A DNA stretch of 64,000 bases, from positions 33,575-97,574 of the forward strand of contig JAPPMB010000041.1 in assembly GCA_028819255.1 (NCBI GenBank). Direction: 5' to 3'. The notes below the pieces were generated by a model, which ran no database searches, was not told the DNA's origin, and was given only the letters and a program-made list of their open reading frames with translations. The DNA is from Bryobacterales bacterium (GTDB lineage: Bacteria > Acidobacteriota > Terriglobia > Bryobacterales > UBA6623). A program made the translations under genes and the position numbers. Shown here piece after piece: positions 9,874 through 17,470 of this stretch (position 1 is the stretch's first letter; each line of letters starts with the position of its first letter).

Positions 9874-10835
9874 GCAGGAGCCTGCGTAGCAAACAAGGAT
9901 CGCACGAACGTCTCCGAATCGAATGCGACCAGGTCGTCCGGCTTCTCCCCGACGCCGACCCAGCGAATCGGCAGTCCGAGCTCCCGTGCTATTGCGACCA
10001 CGATCCCGCCCTTGGCAGTGCCGTCGAGCTTGGCCAGCACCAGTCCGGTGACCCCCGCGGTGGACGTGAACTGCCGCGCCTGCTCGAGTCCGTTCTGTCC
10101 GGTCACGGCGTCCATCACGAGCAGCACCTGATGGGGAGCCCCCGGCACCAGGCGGCCGGCGGTCCTGCGGATCTTCTCCAGTTCCGCCATCAGCCCCGCC
10201 TTGTTGTGCAGGCGGCCCGCGGTGTCCACGATCACGGTGTCATGGCCTCTGGCTTTGGCCGCCTGGAGCGCGTCGTAGAGCACGGCGCTGGGGTCGGCTC
10301 CGGGCCTCTGGCGGACGACGGGGCAGCCTGCGCGATCGCCCCAGATGGCCAGCTGCTCCGCCGCCGCGGCCCGAAACGTGTCGGCGGCACAAAGGAGCAC
10401 GGCCCGGCCCTGAGCCTTCAAGTGGCGGGCCAGCTTGCCGATCGTGGTGGTCTTTCCGACCCCGTTCACACCGACGACGAGGATCACCTCCAGGGCCTTG
10501 CGCGGGGTGCCGTCCCCCGCCGCGCCGGAGGCCCGGTCCAGAATCTCAAGCATGCGGCGCGAGATCAGGTCCCTGACCGCGCTCGCGTCGCAGAGCTGGT
10601 CTCGGGCGAGTTTCCTGCGGACGCCATCAAGAATCTCGTCCGTGGTGCGGACTCCGATGTCCGCGCCGATCAATGTCATTTCCAGGTCCTCGAGAACCTC
10701 GGGGTCGATCTTGCGCGGCCCTTCGAGAATCTCGCCGATCTGGCCGGACAGGGCCTTTCTCGTCTTCGAGACGGCTTTCCGGAAGCGTCCGAACAGCCCC
10801 GGCTCCTTGAGCGGAGCGTCGAACAGGGTCTGCAT
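9870..10835 (-). CDS. ftsY: signal recognition particle receptor
   Basis: GVNGVGKTTTIGKLA, DTAGRLHN, LAKLDGTAKGG (SRP GTPase G1-G4). I place the start at MQTLFDAPL (ATG 10835). The upstream 609 codons of ORF 9870..12662 overlap the well-supported 991-aa gene in another frame. Confidence 0.9.
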   Translation of the reverse strand: MQTLFDAPLKEPGLFGRFRKAVSKTRKALSGQIGEILEGPRKIDPEVLEDLEMTLIGADIGVRTTDEILDGVRRKLARDQLCDASAVRDLISRRMLEILDRASGAAGDGTPRKALEVILVVGVNGVGKTTTIGKLARHLKAQGRAVLLCAADTFRAAAAEQLAIWGDRAGCPVVRQRPGADPSAVLYDALQAAKARGHDTVIVDTAGRLHNKAGLMAELEKIRRTAGRLVPGAPHQVLLVMDAVTGQNGLEQARQFTSTAGVTGLVLAKLDGTAKGGIVVAIARELGLPIRWVGVGEKPDDLVAFDSETFVRSLFATQAPA

Positions 10836-10913
10836 CGTCGGGTGCGGGCTGTCCCGCCCTTCGATGATATCAATGCGCTGGGCCGCAGAATCCCGACCTG
10901 CGCGCATCGGCCG

Positions 10914-10962
10914 CCCCGCCCGGATCCGGCCGGGCCCGGAGATTCGATGGAGGCGGGCGGGG
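10914..10962 (-). terminator. GC-rich stem-loop directly after the 991-aa gene stop (possible terminator or processing site)
   Basis: CCCCGCCCG (10914-10922) is the exact reverse complement of CGGGCGGGG (10954-10962). The 31-nt loop contains a further ccgg-rich palindrome. There is no U-tract. Confidence 0.3.
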
Positions 10963-10963
10963 A

Positions 10964-13939
10964 TCAGGGCCCCTGGGAGATCCAGATGGGGCTCGACCAG
11001 GCCAGTTCGCCGTCCCGCTGCTCGACCCTCACGTAGTACCAGTGGTCCCCGGGACCGGCCTCGACATCGAGATATTCGAACTCGGCCTCCTGCGTGCCGG
11101 GCTCGACCTTGTAGACGTAGGCTGCGTCGCGGATCAAGTGAATCGCGGCGATTTCGTCGGTGCCCCGCACCCTGACAACGGCCCTCTGCGGACCTGATGA
11201 GGCCGTCTCCTCGCCCATGAATGCCGCGCCCAGACGGAAGTCCAGGACGATGTTGTCCGTCGCGCCGTAGGTCCGCCTCTTGCGGATCGCGTTGTGGATC
11301 GCCTCGCGGCTGGTGTCCGGCGTGTAGACCATCGCGTACGAAATGTGGGTCGAGTAGTGATCCGAACTCGCGATGACACCGATCCTGTAGCCCTTCTTCC
11401 AGGCGTTCCAGAGCATTCCCGGCTCCTGGAAGCCGCCGGCCGCCTGGCCCTCCTCCCCGTCGCGGATCCCCCTGGGTGCGTTCTTGTGCTCGTAGTTCTG
11501 GCGGGCTCCCTGGTAGATCTCCGCAACCGTGTCCACTGCGGGATCGTTGTCGCGCCAGTCGGTGCCCATCGAGTCCGTCCCGGAAGTGTGGGGGATTGCC
11601 AGGCCGTTCGTCTGCCGGGCGACGTCGTAGAGGAGTTTCGTCTCGTTGCGCACGCCGCTGCCGAATCCCATGGAGCTGAACGTCAGCAGCTCGCCGTCCG
11701 GGCTGTCCGGCAGGATGAACCGCGGATGGGCCGGAATGAAGAACGGCACGATCGGGTAGTTGCGGTGCGTGTAGATGAGGTTGCGATGGCCGAAAGGATT
11801 GCCGGGATTCCGCTCGTAGCCGTACAGGGTCGAGAAGCGCTCCGGAAAGTGGTACATGTCCGCCATCTTCTGGGTCATCGCATTCCAGAAGTCGGTGCCT
11901 CCGGCCTGGTGGTCCGTCGAGGCGCCGAAGTCCATTTCGGCGGCATCGATCATGTAGCGGTAGAACTCCGGAAGCGATCCGTCGCTCATGCCGCCCACGT
12001 CCTGGGAGAGCTCGGTGTGCCGGTGAAGGTCGCCCCGCACGATGCGCAGCGTCTCGCCCGCGTGCCCGACCCGGTAGTTGCGGATGAAGCGAACGTCGTC
12101 GGGCTCGGTGGGGTGCGGGTCCGGCCGGACCTCTGCGGGCTCCGGCCGGTACGGTCTCAGCCGCGGCGCGGCTCCCGGACCGGGGAGTTCGAGCGAACCG
12201 GCGACCACCCGGTTCAGGCGGGGCCGGCTGGCAAAGGCCCAGCGACGGCTCTCGTGCGGCCAGAATGCCCAGAGGCGCCCCTCCGCGATGGCCGTCCCCA
12301 TGCGGGTGCTCTTGCGCGCCCAGCTGAGGGGCAGCGTGATGGGCTCGCTCCAGCGCTGCCCGTCCAGACGCGTCAGGAAGGACTCCCAGTACGAGGTCGG
12401 CCGGTAGGACTGCCGGCTGTACCGCCGCTTGAAGGACATCCAGAGGTTGCCGTCCGGGTCGAAGAAGAGCCCGGGCCGGCTCTCGCCCGTCGTCCCGGCC
12501 GCCTGAGGGTCGCCGAAGGCCACCTCGGCAGGCGTCTTCCACTGGCCGCCGTCGTAGCAGACGACCTCGACCCGCCGCGCCGACCCCAGGGGCGTCCCGG
12601 GCTGGGGCTCTCCGAGGCCCCGGCCGAGATCCTTGCCCCAGTGCACGCCGGAGGTCTCCCACGCAACCCAGGGCCGGCCCTGCGCGTCCACCGCCACGCT
12701 GGAATGGGCTTCAAACCGGGCGGTCGACGCGACAGGCATCTCGGGGCCGAGACCGCCCCCCTGCGAGTACTCGCGGACGAGGACGTCGTAGCTGCCCCCC
12801 GAACCCTTCCTGTAGCGGTCCCACGCGATCCACGCGGATCCGTTCGGAGCGGCGGCGACGGAGGGGGACCAGTCGTTCGCAGCGGATGCGGTCACGGAAA
12901 CGGTTTCCGACCAGCGACCGTCGCGCAGGTGCTTGAGGCGAATCTGCGAGTGGCGCCCCGCCATCGACTGCCAGACCACGTAGATCGTGCCGTCATCCGC
13001 CCGGGCGACCTGCGGCTCGATGTCCGGGAGGGGATTGTCCGTGAGCCGATGCTGCCGGCCCCATTCGTCGTCCTCCCAGGCCATGGCGAAGATGTCCCAG
13101 TTGCCGGGCCCGTCGGCGGCTGGCCGCTGGGAATAGACCAGCCACGGCTTGTCCGCGGCATCGACTGCGATCTGCGGACGCCACAGGTCCTCGGCCGCCC
13201 GGCCGACGGGAATTAGGCGGGACCAGCGCTCCTCGTGGAAGCGACGGAAGTTGAGCTCCTCGCGCCGGTCGTGATAGCTGTACCAGGTCGCGAACAGATT
13301 CCCCTTCGAGTCTGCGGCGATGGCCGGCGAGTCGTGCTGGCGCAGCTCCGTTCCGGAAAGATCCGTCGCTGGCGGGGTGCGCTGGATCGCGACGCGGCCG
13401 CCGACGAACCGCGACCAGGGGCCAAACTCGAGAGCCACGGGCTGAAACGAGAAATCGCCGTGCACCGTGGTCACCGAAACCGTCGTCGAGGCGTTTCCGC
13501 TGCCACGCACCCAAAGCCCCTTCGGCATGGGCTCCACGCGGTGCCGCGGATCCGGCCGCGCCACGACGCCCGACCGGAGCAGGATCCTCACGTCCTGCGT
13601 CGTCAGCCGCCAGCCCCCCTGGGGCAGAATCCGGTCGGGCGGCTCCTGCCTGTGCGGATCGATGCCGAGGATCTCGCCTCCCCGGATCGACAGGCTGCCG
13701 TCCCACGACTCGCCCGCCCCGTCCCCAACCCCAAACAGGATCAGCACCTGCCACATGTCGGCTTCCCGGGTGCCTCCCGGGTGCCACGTGAAGTTGTCGA
13801 GAAAGTCGGGGGTGGCCGCCGCGGCGGCCCCCGACTGCACAGGCTCCGCCCGCTGGGGCGCCGCGGGCGCCAGGAGCGCGACCGCCAGGAAGGGGACCAG
13901 AAAGACGGTCGGAGCGGGACGGTTGATGCGATGGCACAC
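10964..13939 (-). CDS. secreted beta-propeller + PHP-like metal hydrolase (991 aa), paralogous to 2767..5382
   Basis: GTG start preceded by GGAGG. Signal peptide FLVPFLAVALLAPAAP. Repeated xxGxxWxxW blades (KGNLFATWYS, DKPWLVYS, GTIYVVWQS, GSAWIAWD, GRPWVAWE). PHP-like DLHRHTELS, ASTDHQ, IPHTSGTD, ASSDHYSTH. C-terminal HWYYVRVEQRDGELAWSSPIWI. Confidence 0.7.
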   Translation of the reverse strand: MCHRINRPAPTVFLVPFLAVALLAPAAPQRAEPVQSGAAAAATPDFLDNFTWHPGGTREADMWQVLILFGVGDGAGESWDGSLSIRGGEILGIDPHRQEPPDRILPQGGWRLTTQDVRILLRSGVVARPDPRHRVEPMPKGLWVRGSGNASTTVSVTTVHGDFSFQPVALEFGPWSRFVGGRVAIQRTPPATDLSGTELRQHDSPAIAADSKGNLFATWYSYHDRREELNFRRFHEERWSRLIPVGRAAEDLWRPQIAVDAADKPWLVYSQRPAADGPGNWDIFAMAWEDDEWGRQHRLTDNPLPDIEPQVARADDGTIYVVWQSMAGRHSQIRLKHLRDGRWSETVSVTASAANDWSPSVAAAPNGSAWIAWDRYRKGSGGSYDVLVREYSQGGGLGPEMPVASTARFEAHSSVAVDAQGRPWVAWETSGVHWGKDLGRGLGEPQPGTPLGSARRVEVVCYDGGQWKTPAEVAFGDPQAAGTTGESRPGLFFDPDGNLWMSFKRRYSRQSYRPTSYWESFLTRLDGQRWSEPITLPLSWARKSTRMGTAIAEGRLWAFWPHESRRWAFASRPRLNRVVAGSLELPGPGAAPRLRPYRPEPAEVRPDPHPTEPDDVRFIRNYRVGHAGETLRIVRGDLHRHTELSQDVGGMSDGSLPEFYRYMIDAAEMDFGASTDHQAGGTDFWNAMTQKMADMYHFPERFSTLYGYERNPGNPFGHRNLIYTHRNYPIVPFFIPAHPRFILPDSPDGELLTFSSMGFGSGVRNETKLLYDVARQTNGLAIPHTSGTDSMGTDWRDNDPAVDTVAEIYQGARQNYEHKNAPRGIRDGEEGQAAGGFQEPGMLWNAWKKGYRIGVIASSDHYSTHISYAMVYTPDTSREAIHNAIRKRRTYGATDNIVLDFRLGAAFMGEETASSGPQRAVVRVRGTDEIAAIHLIRDAAYVYKVEPGTQEAEFEYLDVEAGPGDHWYYVRVEQRDGELAWSSPIWISQGP

Positions 13940-13996
13940 GGCTGATCACCTCCAGGACGAAGCGGCGGAGCCCGCTCCCGGCCCGCATGCCGGCGG

Positions 13997-14078
13997 GCCG
14001 CCTTCGGAACGCGCCGATTGTACCTTGACGGATCTGCGCCGCCGGTAGAGGCCTGCCCGGAGCCGCCTTCGGAACGCG
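13997..14078. repeat. two exact 17-bp direct repeats GCCGCCTTCGGAACGCG (13997-14013 and 14062-14078)
   Basis: Read directly. They are 65 bp apart, upstream of the 991-aa gene and at the left edge of the low-GC islet. Confidence 0.85.
14017..14026. repeat. left copy of 10-bp direct repeat ATTGTACCTT bracketing the low-GC islet
   Basis: Exact match to 16088-16097. It lies about 60 bp before the composition drop. Confidence 0.6.
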
Positions 14079-16087
14079 GAGATTTTCTCCGAAGACCGTA
14101 CTCACTTAGGCAGTCGTAGGTCTTTATGTTAACAGTATTGCGTATAGAACTGCCCACTTGCAGAACGCTTGAAGTGCATGGCAGTTTCGAACAAACTACC
14201 TTGAGTCGATACCAAGGGCACGCCACAACATCGGATGTACCAAGACCTTAACACCGTGCGAAATTTGGGACTTTGAGACAGTTCTAGAATCCAATGTCGA
14301 CCACTGTGCTGTTTCAAACGATTCCAATTTCAGTCCTATTAAGCCGGCACGATAATACCCTTGAAGTATCGTGTTTCTGACATATTCAATGTCCACCAAT
14401 GCATCGACAAGACGAGTTGCTGCTTTCGAAAATGGATCACCATTCTCTGTAGATGGATGATCAATACAGAATCCTATACAGACTTCCTCAATAATTTCGC
14501 GCTTGATATCATCCGCTAGAAATGTCGCTTTTCGTGACTTAATAAGTCGAGTAAAGTATAATAAATGAGGGTAATCGGAAACCCATTCATCGGCAAGTGA
14601 CCTTAGACGATTTTTGGAGTATAATCCTTCTGCATCCCGAATTATCTGCACACTGATTCGTGGCCGATTGACGGCTTTTGCAATGCAACAGTTAAAAAAC
14701 ATAATGACATCCCGAGGACGCATCATCGTGCGCCGCAATAAGTATCTTAGCGATGGCTGGCCATCAATTTGAGTCGGTAAGAGATCTCTGTGTGTTACAG
14801 ATTGCTTGGTATACCTTCGCCTTATTAGGTGATTGATTCTTAGGTTGAGCATTTGCTCTAAGGTGTTTTCCGTCCAACTAATCGGCAAATATAATGACTC
14901 ATATTTCTCTTCTTGAAAGCCCGTATCGCGTGTGACTTGAAACACTTTCTCTATTAGATCGATCCGTAACGCGATTACAATTTTTGCATTCCTAATTCGT
15001 CGAAAATCTTTGACAGTTTCGATTAGTGCTCGAATCAGCCGATATCGAAGCCTATCTTCAATCCAGTTTTCGTCTAGATTATCTAAGACAATAAAGTAGT
15101 GTTTTTGGCGATCCGACAAGACCTTGTCAGTTAGATCAATAATATCGGATAACTGTCGGATTTGGACTGCATTCACCACGCGCTGTGCTCTCTTAATGAT
15201 TTGTCCTTTTGCGGTAGCTATGTGCTTATCAGTCGCGCCGACATCAAACTGTATGCTAGGAAACAGAGCTCTGACGGAGGTTTTTAAGTCTTCTTCTAGC
15301 TTCTCCGTAACTTCCTTGATCCGATATTCTGTCTCCTGCCAGAATTTACTCCCCCAATTCTCAAGGTATTGCAGGGCTTTCTTTTCTTTATCGTCTAGAA
15401 AAAGACTTCGGATCTGTTGGATGAATGTGTTCTTAGGAGATCCGTCTAATATATGAAAGTGTAGCTTGATAAGTTCGACGGTGAAAACGTGACGCCAGAG
15501 GAGCTTAAAAAAGATGTCTAGTTTTACACCAAGGTTATCAAAAAAGTTCAATATTGTAGAATTAGAAATATAACTCAAGGCAAGACTTTCTGGTCGAATA
15601 TCGATGACTCGTTCCTCGGTAGCCGAAAGTCTTTTCAATAATGCGGTTTTCCCAGATCCCGTCCTTCCGACAACAATACTGCGAGGGTCAGAACAATCAG
15701 ACAGTACTCTCAGGTGTCCAGTGTCGACGAAACATTGGGCTAAAAAATCGAAATCTTCTTCGGCAGCAGCCACGCCTATCGAGTCAAGTTGCCTGAAACG
15801 GAATTTATCCTTCTTCCCTACTTTCTGAATTGGTCGTTTCGGCATGTTACTGTAGTGGTTTATCAGTGATCACGCTTCGAGTGAGGCGAATAACGAGAGG
15901 CACTCCTCCAAGTCCAATCTTCCCTAAGAGACATTGGCTCGCCAAAGGGAGAAACATCGCTGGTTTGGAACACAACATCCGTGCTGCCGTGAATCAACGC
16001 CTTCTCTGTTGCGCCTCGAACGTTTAGGTCGCTGGGCGGTGAAGACAAGGCGAAATTCTCTACTCATCTGAACGACCGACCGAGACC
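14027..16087. other. compositionally foreign low-GC islet (cargo-only insertion, no mobility gene)
   Basis: Counted G+C is 42% in lines 14341-14400 and 15001-15060, against 82% (13801-13860) and 77% (16501-16560) in the flanks. The islet holds a single gene and is bracketed by the 10-bp repeat. Confidence 0.7.
14196..15845 (-). CDS. orphan P-loop NTPase (AAA+/STAND-like, possibly Sll1717-type ATPase), 549 aa
   Basis: Walker A IVVGRTGSGKTALL (nt 15645-15668). Walker B HYFIVLDNLDENW (nt 15069-15095). KIVIALR strand, then MRPRDVIMFFN (sensor/arginine motif of Orc1/STAND-like ATPases). Helical C-terminal ~170 aa with no recognisable effector domain. Confidence 0.8.
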   Translation of the reverse strand: MPKRPIQKVGKKDKFRFRQLDSIGVAAAEEDFDFLAQCFVDTGHLRVLSDCSDPRSIVVGRTGSGKTALLKRLSATEERVIDIRPESLALSYISNSTILNFFDNLGVKLDIFFKLLWRHVFTVELIKLHFHILDGSPKNTFIQQIRSLFLDDKEKKALQYLENWGSKFWQETEYRIKEVTEKLEEDLKTSVRALFPSIQFDVGATDKHIATAKGQIIKRAQRVVNAVQIRQLSDIIDLTDKVLSDRQKHYFIVLDNLDENWIEDRLRYRLIRALIETVKDFRRIRNAKIVIALRIDLIEKVFQVTRDTGFQEEKYESLYLPISWTENTLEQMLNLRINHLIRRRYTKQSVTHRDLLPTQIDGQPSLRYLLRRTMMRPRDVIMFFNCCIAKAVNRPRISVQIIRDAEGLYSKNRLRSLADEWVSDYPHLLYFTRLIKSRKATFLADDIKREIIEEVCIGFCIDHPSTENGDPFSKAATRLVDALVDIEYVRNTILQGYYRAGLIGLKLESFETAQWSTLDSRTVSKSQISHGVKVLVHPMLWRALGIDSR

Positions 16088-16097
16088 ATTGTACCTT
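16088..16097. repeat. right copy of 10-bp direct repeat ATTGTACCTT
   Basis: Exact match to 14017-14026. It lies at the point where composition returns to GC-rich. Confidence 0.6.
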
Positions 16098-16309
16098 AGG
16101 CGATGTCACGATGGCTAGCGTATGGTGTGGGGGTCCTTGCTAGCTTAGTGGTACGTCTCAGACCACTGCGCACCAACGCGGGCCTCTCCGGATAGGGCCG
16201 GATCCTTGGACAATACGGACTTCGCGGATGCAACGCCACTGTCTACGTAACGCCTGCTTGCTTGGCTCCCAATCGCAGTCGCCGATCTGATTGCCGGCCA
16301 GACGCCCGG

Positions 16310-17431
16310 CTACAGCCCGGTCTCTAGCCAGCCTCGCTTGGCGGCCGAGGCCTCGATCGCCGCCAGCACGCGCTGTACACTCAGACCGTCCTCGAACGTG
16401 GGCCGTGCCGGCTCGCCGGACTCCAGCCCGGCGAGAAAGTCGGCCAGCGAGCTGGTGAACGTGTGCTCGTACCCGATCGGATGGCCGGGCTTCCAGTAGT
16501 AGGGATCCGCGGGCGGTCCCGGCGAGGGCGCGAGAACTCTCCGCGTTCCGCGCAGGTCCGGGTCGCCGCCGGCGTCGGCGTACTCGAGCCGGTTCATGTG
16601 CTCGAAATGAAACTCGACCATGCCCTTCTCGCCGTGAACCACAAAGCTGTTGTCGTTCTGATAGCCCGTCGCAAAGCGGGTGGCCTCGAACGTCCCGAGC
16701 ACACCGCTCCGGAACCGCGCCTGCACCAGCACGACGTCGTCGATGTCGATCGCGTACGTCTCCCCCGGGCGGTCGGGATCGGGCTTTTCCGGAAGGATGG
16801 TCTCGAACGTGGCGGAAAGTTCGCGAATCGGGCCAAGCAGCATCATGGCGGTGTCGAGCAGGTGTGAGTTCAGGTCGCCGTTGACGCCCGACCCGGCCGT
16901 GCTCCTGGACATCTTCCAGCTCCTTGGGCGGCTCGGGTCGGGCCCCCACTGCTGCAGATACTGGGCGCGGTACTGATAGATCCGGCCCAGCCGGCCCTCC
17001 TCGATCAGTCGTCTCGCCAGCTCCACGGCCGGCACGCGCCGATAGTTGAACCAGACGAACGTCGGAACCCGCGAGGCTGCCGAGACCATCGCGCGCGCCT
17101 CCTCAAGGCTGTTGGCGAGGGGCTTCTCGCAGAGCACCATCTTTCCCGCGCGGGCCGCAGCGACGGCCATTTCGGCGTGCAGGTAGTTCGGCGTACAGAT
17201 GTCGACAGCGTCGATGTCCGGGCGGTCGATGACGCGGCGCCAGTCGGTCTCAACCTCCTCCCATCCCCACGCGTCGGCTAGCGCCTCGAGACCGGCGCGG
17301 CTGCGTCCGCAAACCACTCGCCGCCTCACCTTGGGAACGTGCGGGAAGAAATGCCCCACCTGGGCGTAGGCGTTGCTGTGCGCCTTGCCCACGAAGCCGT
17401 AGCCGATCATGGCGACATTGAGCGCGCCCAT
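16310..17431 (-). CDS. Gfo/Idh/MocA family oxidoreductase
   Basis: N-terminal Rossmann VAMIGYGFVGKAHSNAY, EKPLA motif (LCEKPLANS). 373 aa. Confidence 0.85.
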   Translation of the reverse strand: MGALNVAMIGYGFVGKAHSNAYAQVGHFFPHVPKVRRRVVCGRSRAGLEALADAWGWEEVETDWRRVIDRPDIDAVDICTPNYLHAEMAVAAARAGKMVLCEKPLANSLEEARAMVSAASRVPTFVWFNYRRVPAVELARRLIEEGRLGRIYQYRAQYLQQWGPDPSRPRSWKMSRSTAGSGVNGDLNSHLLDTAMMLLGPIRELSATFETILPEKPDPDRPGETYAIDIDDVVLVQARFRSGVLGTFEATRFATGYQNDNSFVVHGEKGMVEFHFEHMNRLEYADAGGDPDLRGTRRVLAPSPGPPADPYYWKPGHPIGYEHTFTSSLADFLAGLESGEPARPTFEDGLSVQRVLAAIEASAAKRGWLETGL

Positions 17432-17470
17432 CGCCGAAGCGTACCACCGTCGGAGCGTCCGGTGCGGAAC

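Noticed and set aside
8332-10131. Long alternate-frame or antisense ORFs from the track. Examples: 8332..10131 (+, 599 aa), 17339..18610 (+), 21739..23427 (-), 27298..29664 (+, 788 aa), 50091..51719 (-), 54155..56041 (+), 56260..58107 (+), 60791..63181 (+, 796 aa).
   Set aside because: Each lies over a gene with clear family motifs on the other strand or frame. Their products are Arg/Pro/Gly/Ala-rich with no motifs. Stop codons are rare in off-frames of GC-rich DNA, so such ORFs are expected artefacts.
10836-10963. FMN riboswitch upstream of the ftsY-ribD-ribE block.
   Set aside because: The conserved FMN-element core segments are not recognisable. Only a generic GC stem-loop is present, reported above as a low-confidence feature.
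10836-12662. 609-codon N-terminal extension of the ftsY ORF (9870..12662).
   Set aside because: The FtsY homology starts at MQTLFDAPL (ATG 10835). The extension overlaps the 991-aa secreted protein gene, which has an RBS, a signal peptide and domain motifs, in another frame.
15124-15456. 110-aa plus-strand ORF antisense to the P-loop NTPase, as a possible antitoxin or partner.
   Set aside because: It is Ser/Cys/Phe-rich low-complexity sequence, as expected for the antisense of an AT-rich gene. It has no start context and is wholly nested in the NTPase CDS.
16120-16200. tRNA-like string GCTAGCTTAGTGGTA next to the right end of the low-GC islet, as a possible tRNA integration target.
   Set aside because: I could not fold the surrounding ~75 nt into a cloverleaf. 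There is no matching acceptor or D-stem pairing and no GTTCGAATC-type T-loop.
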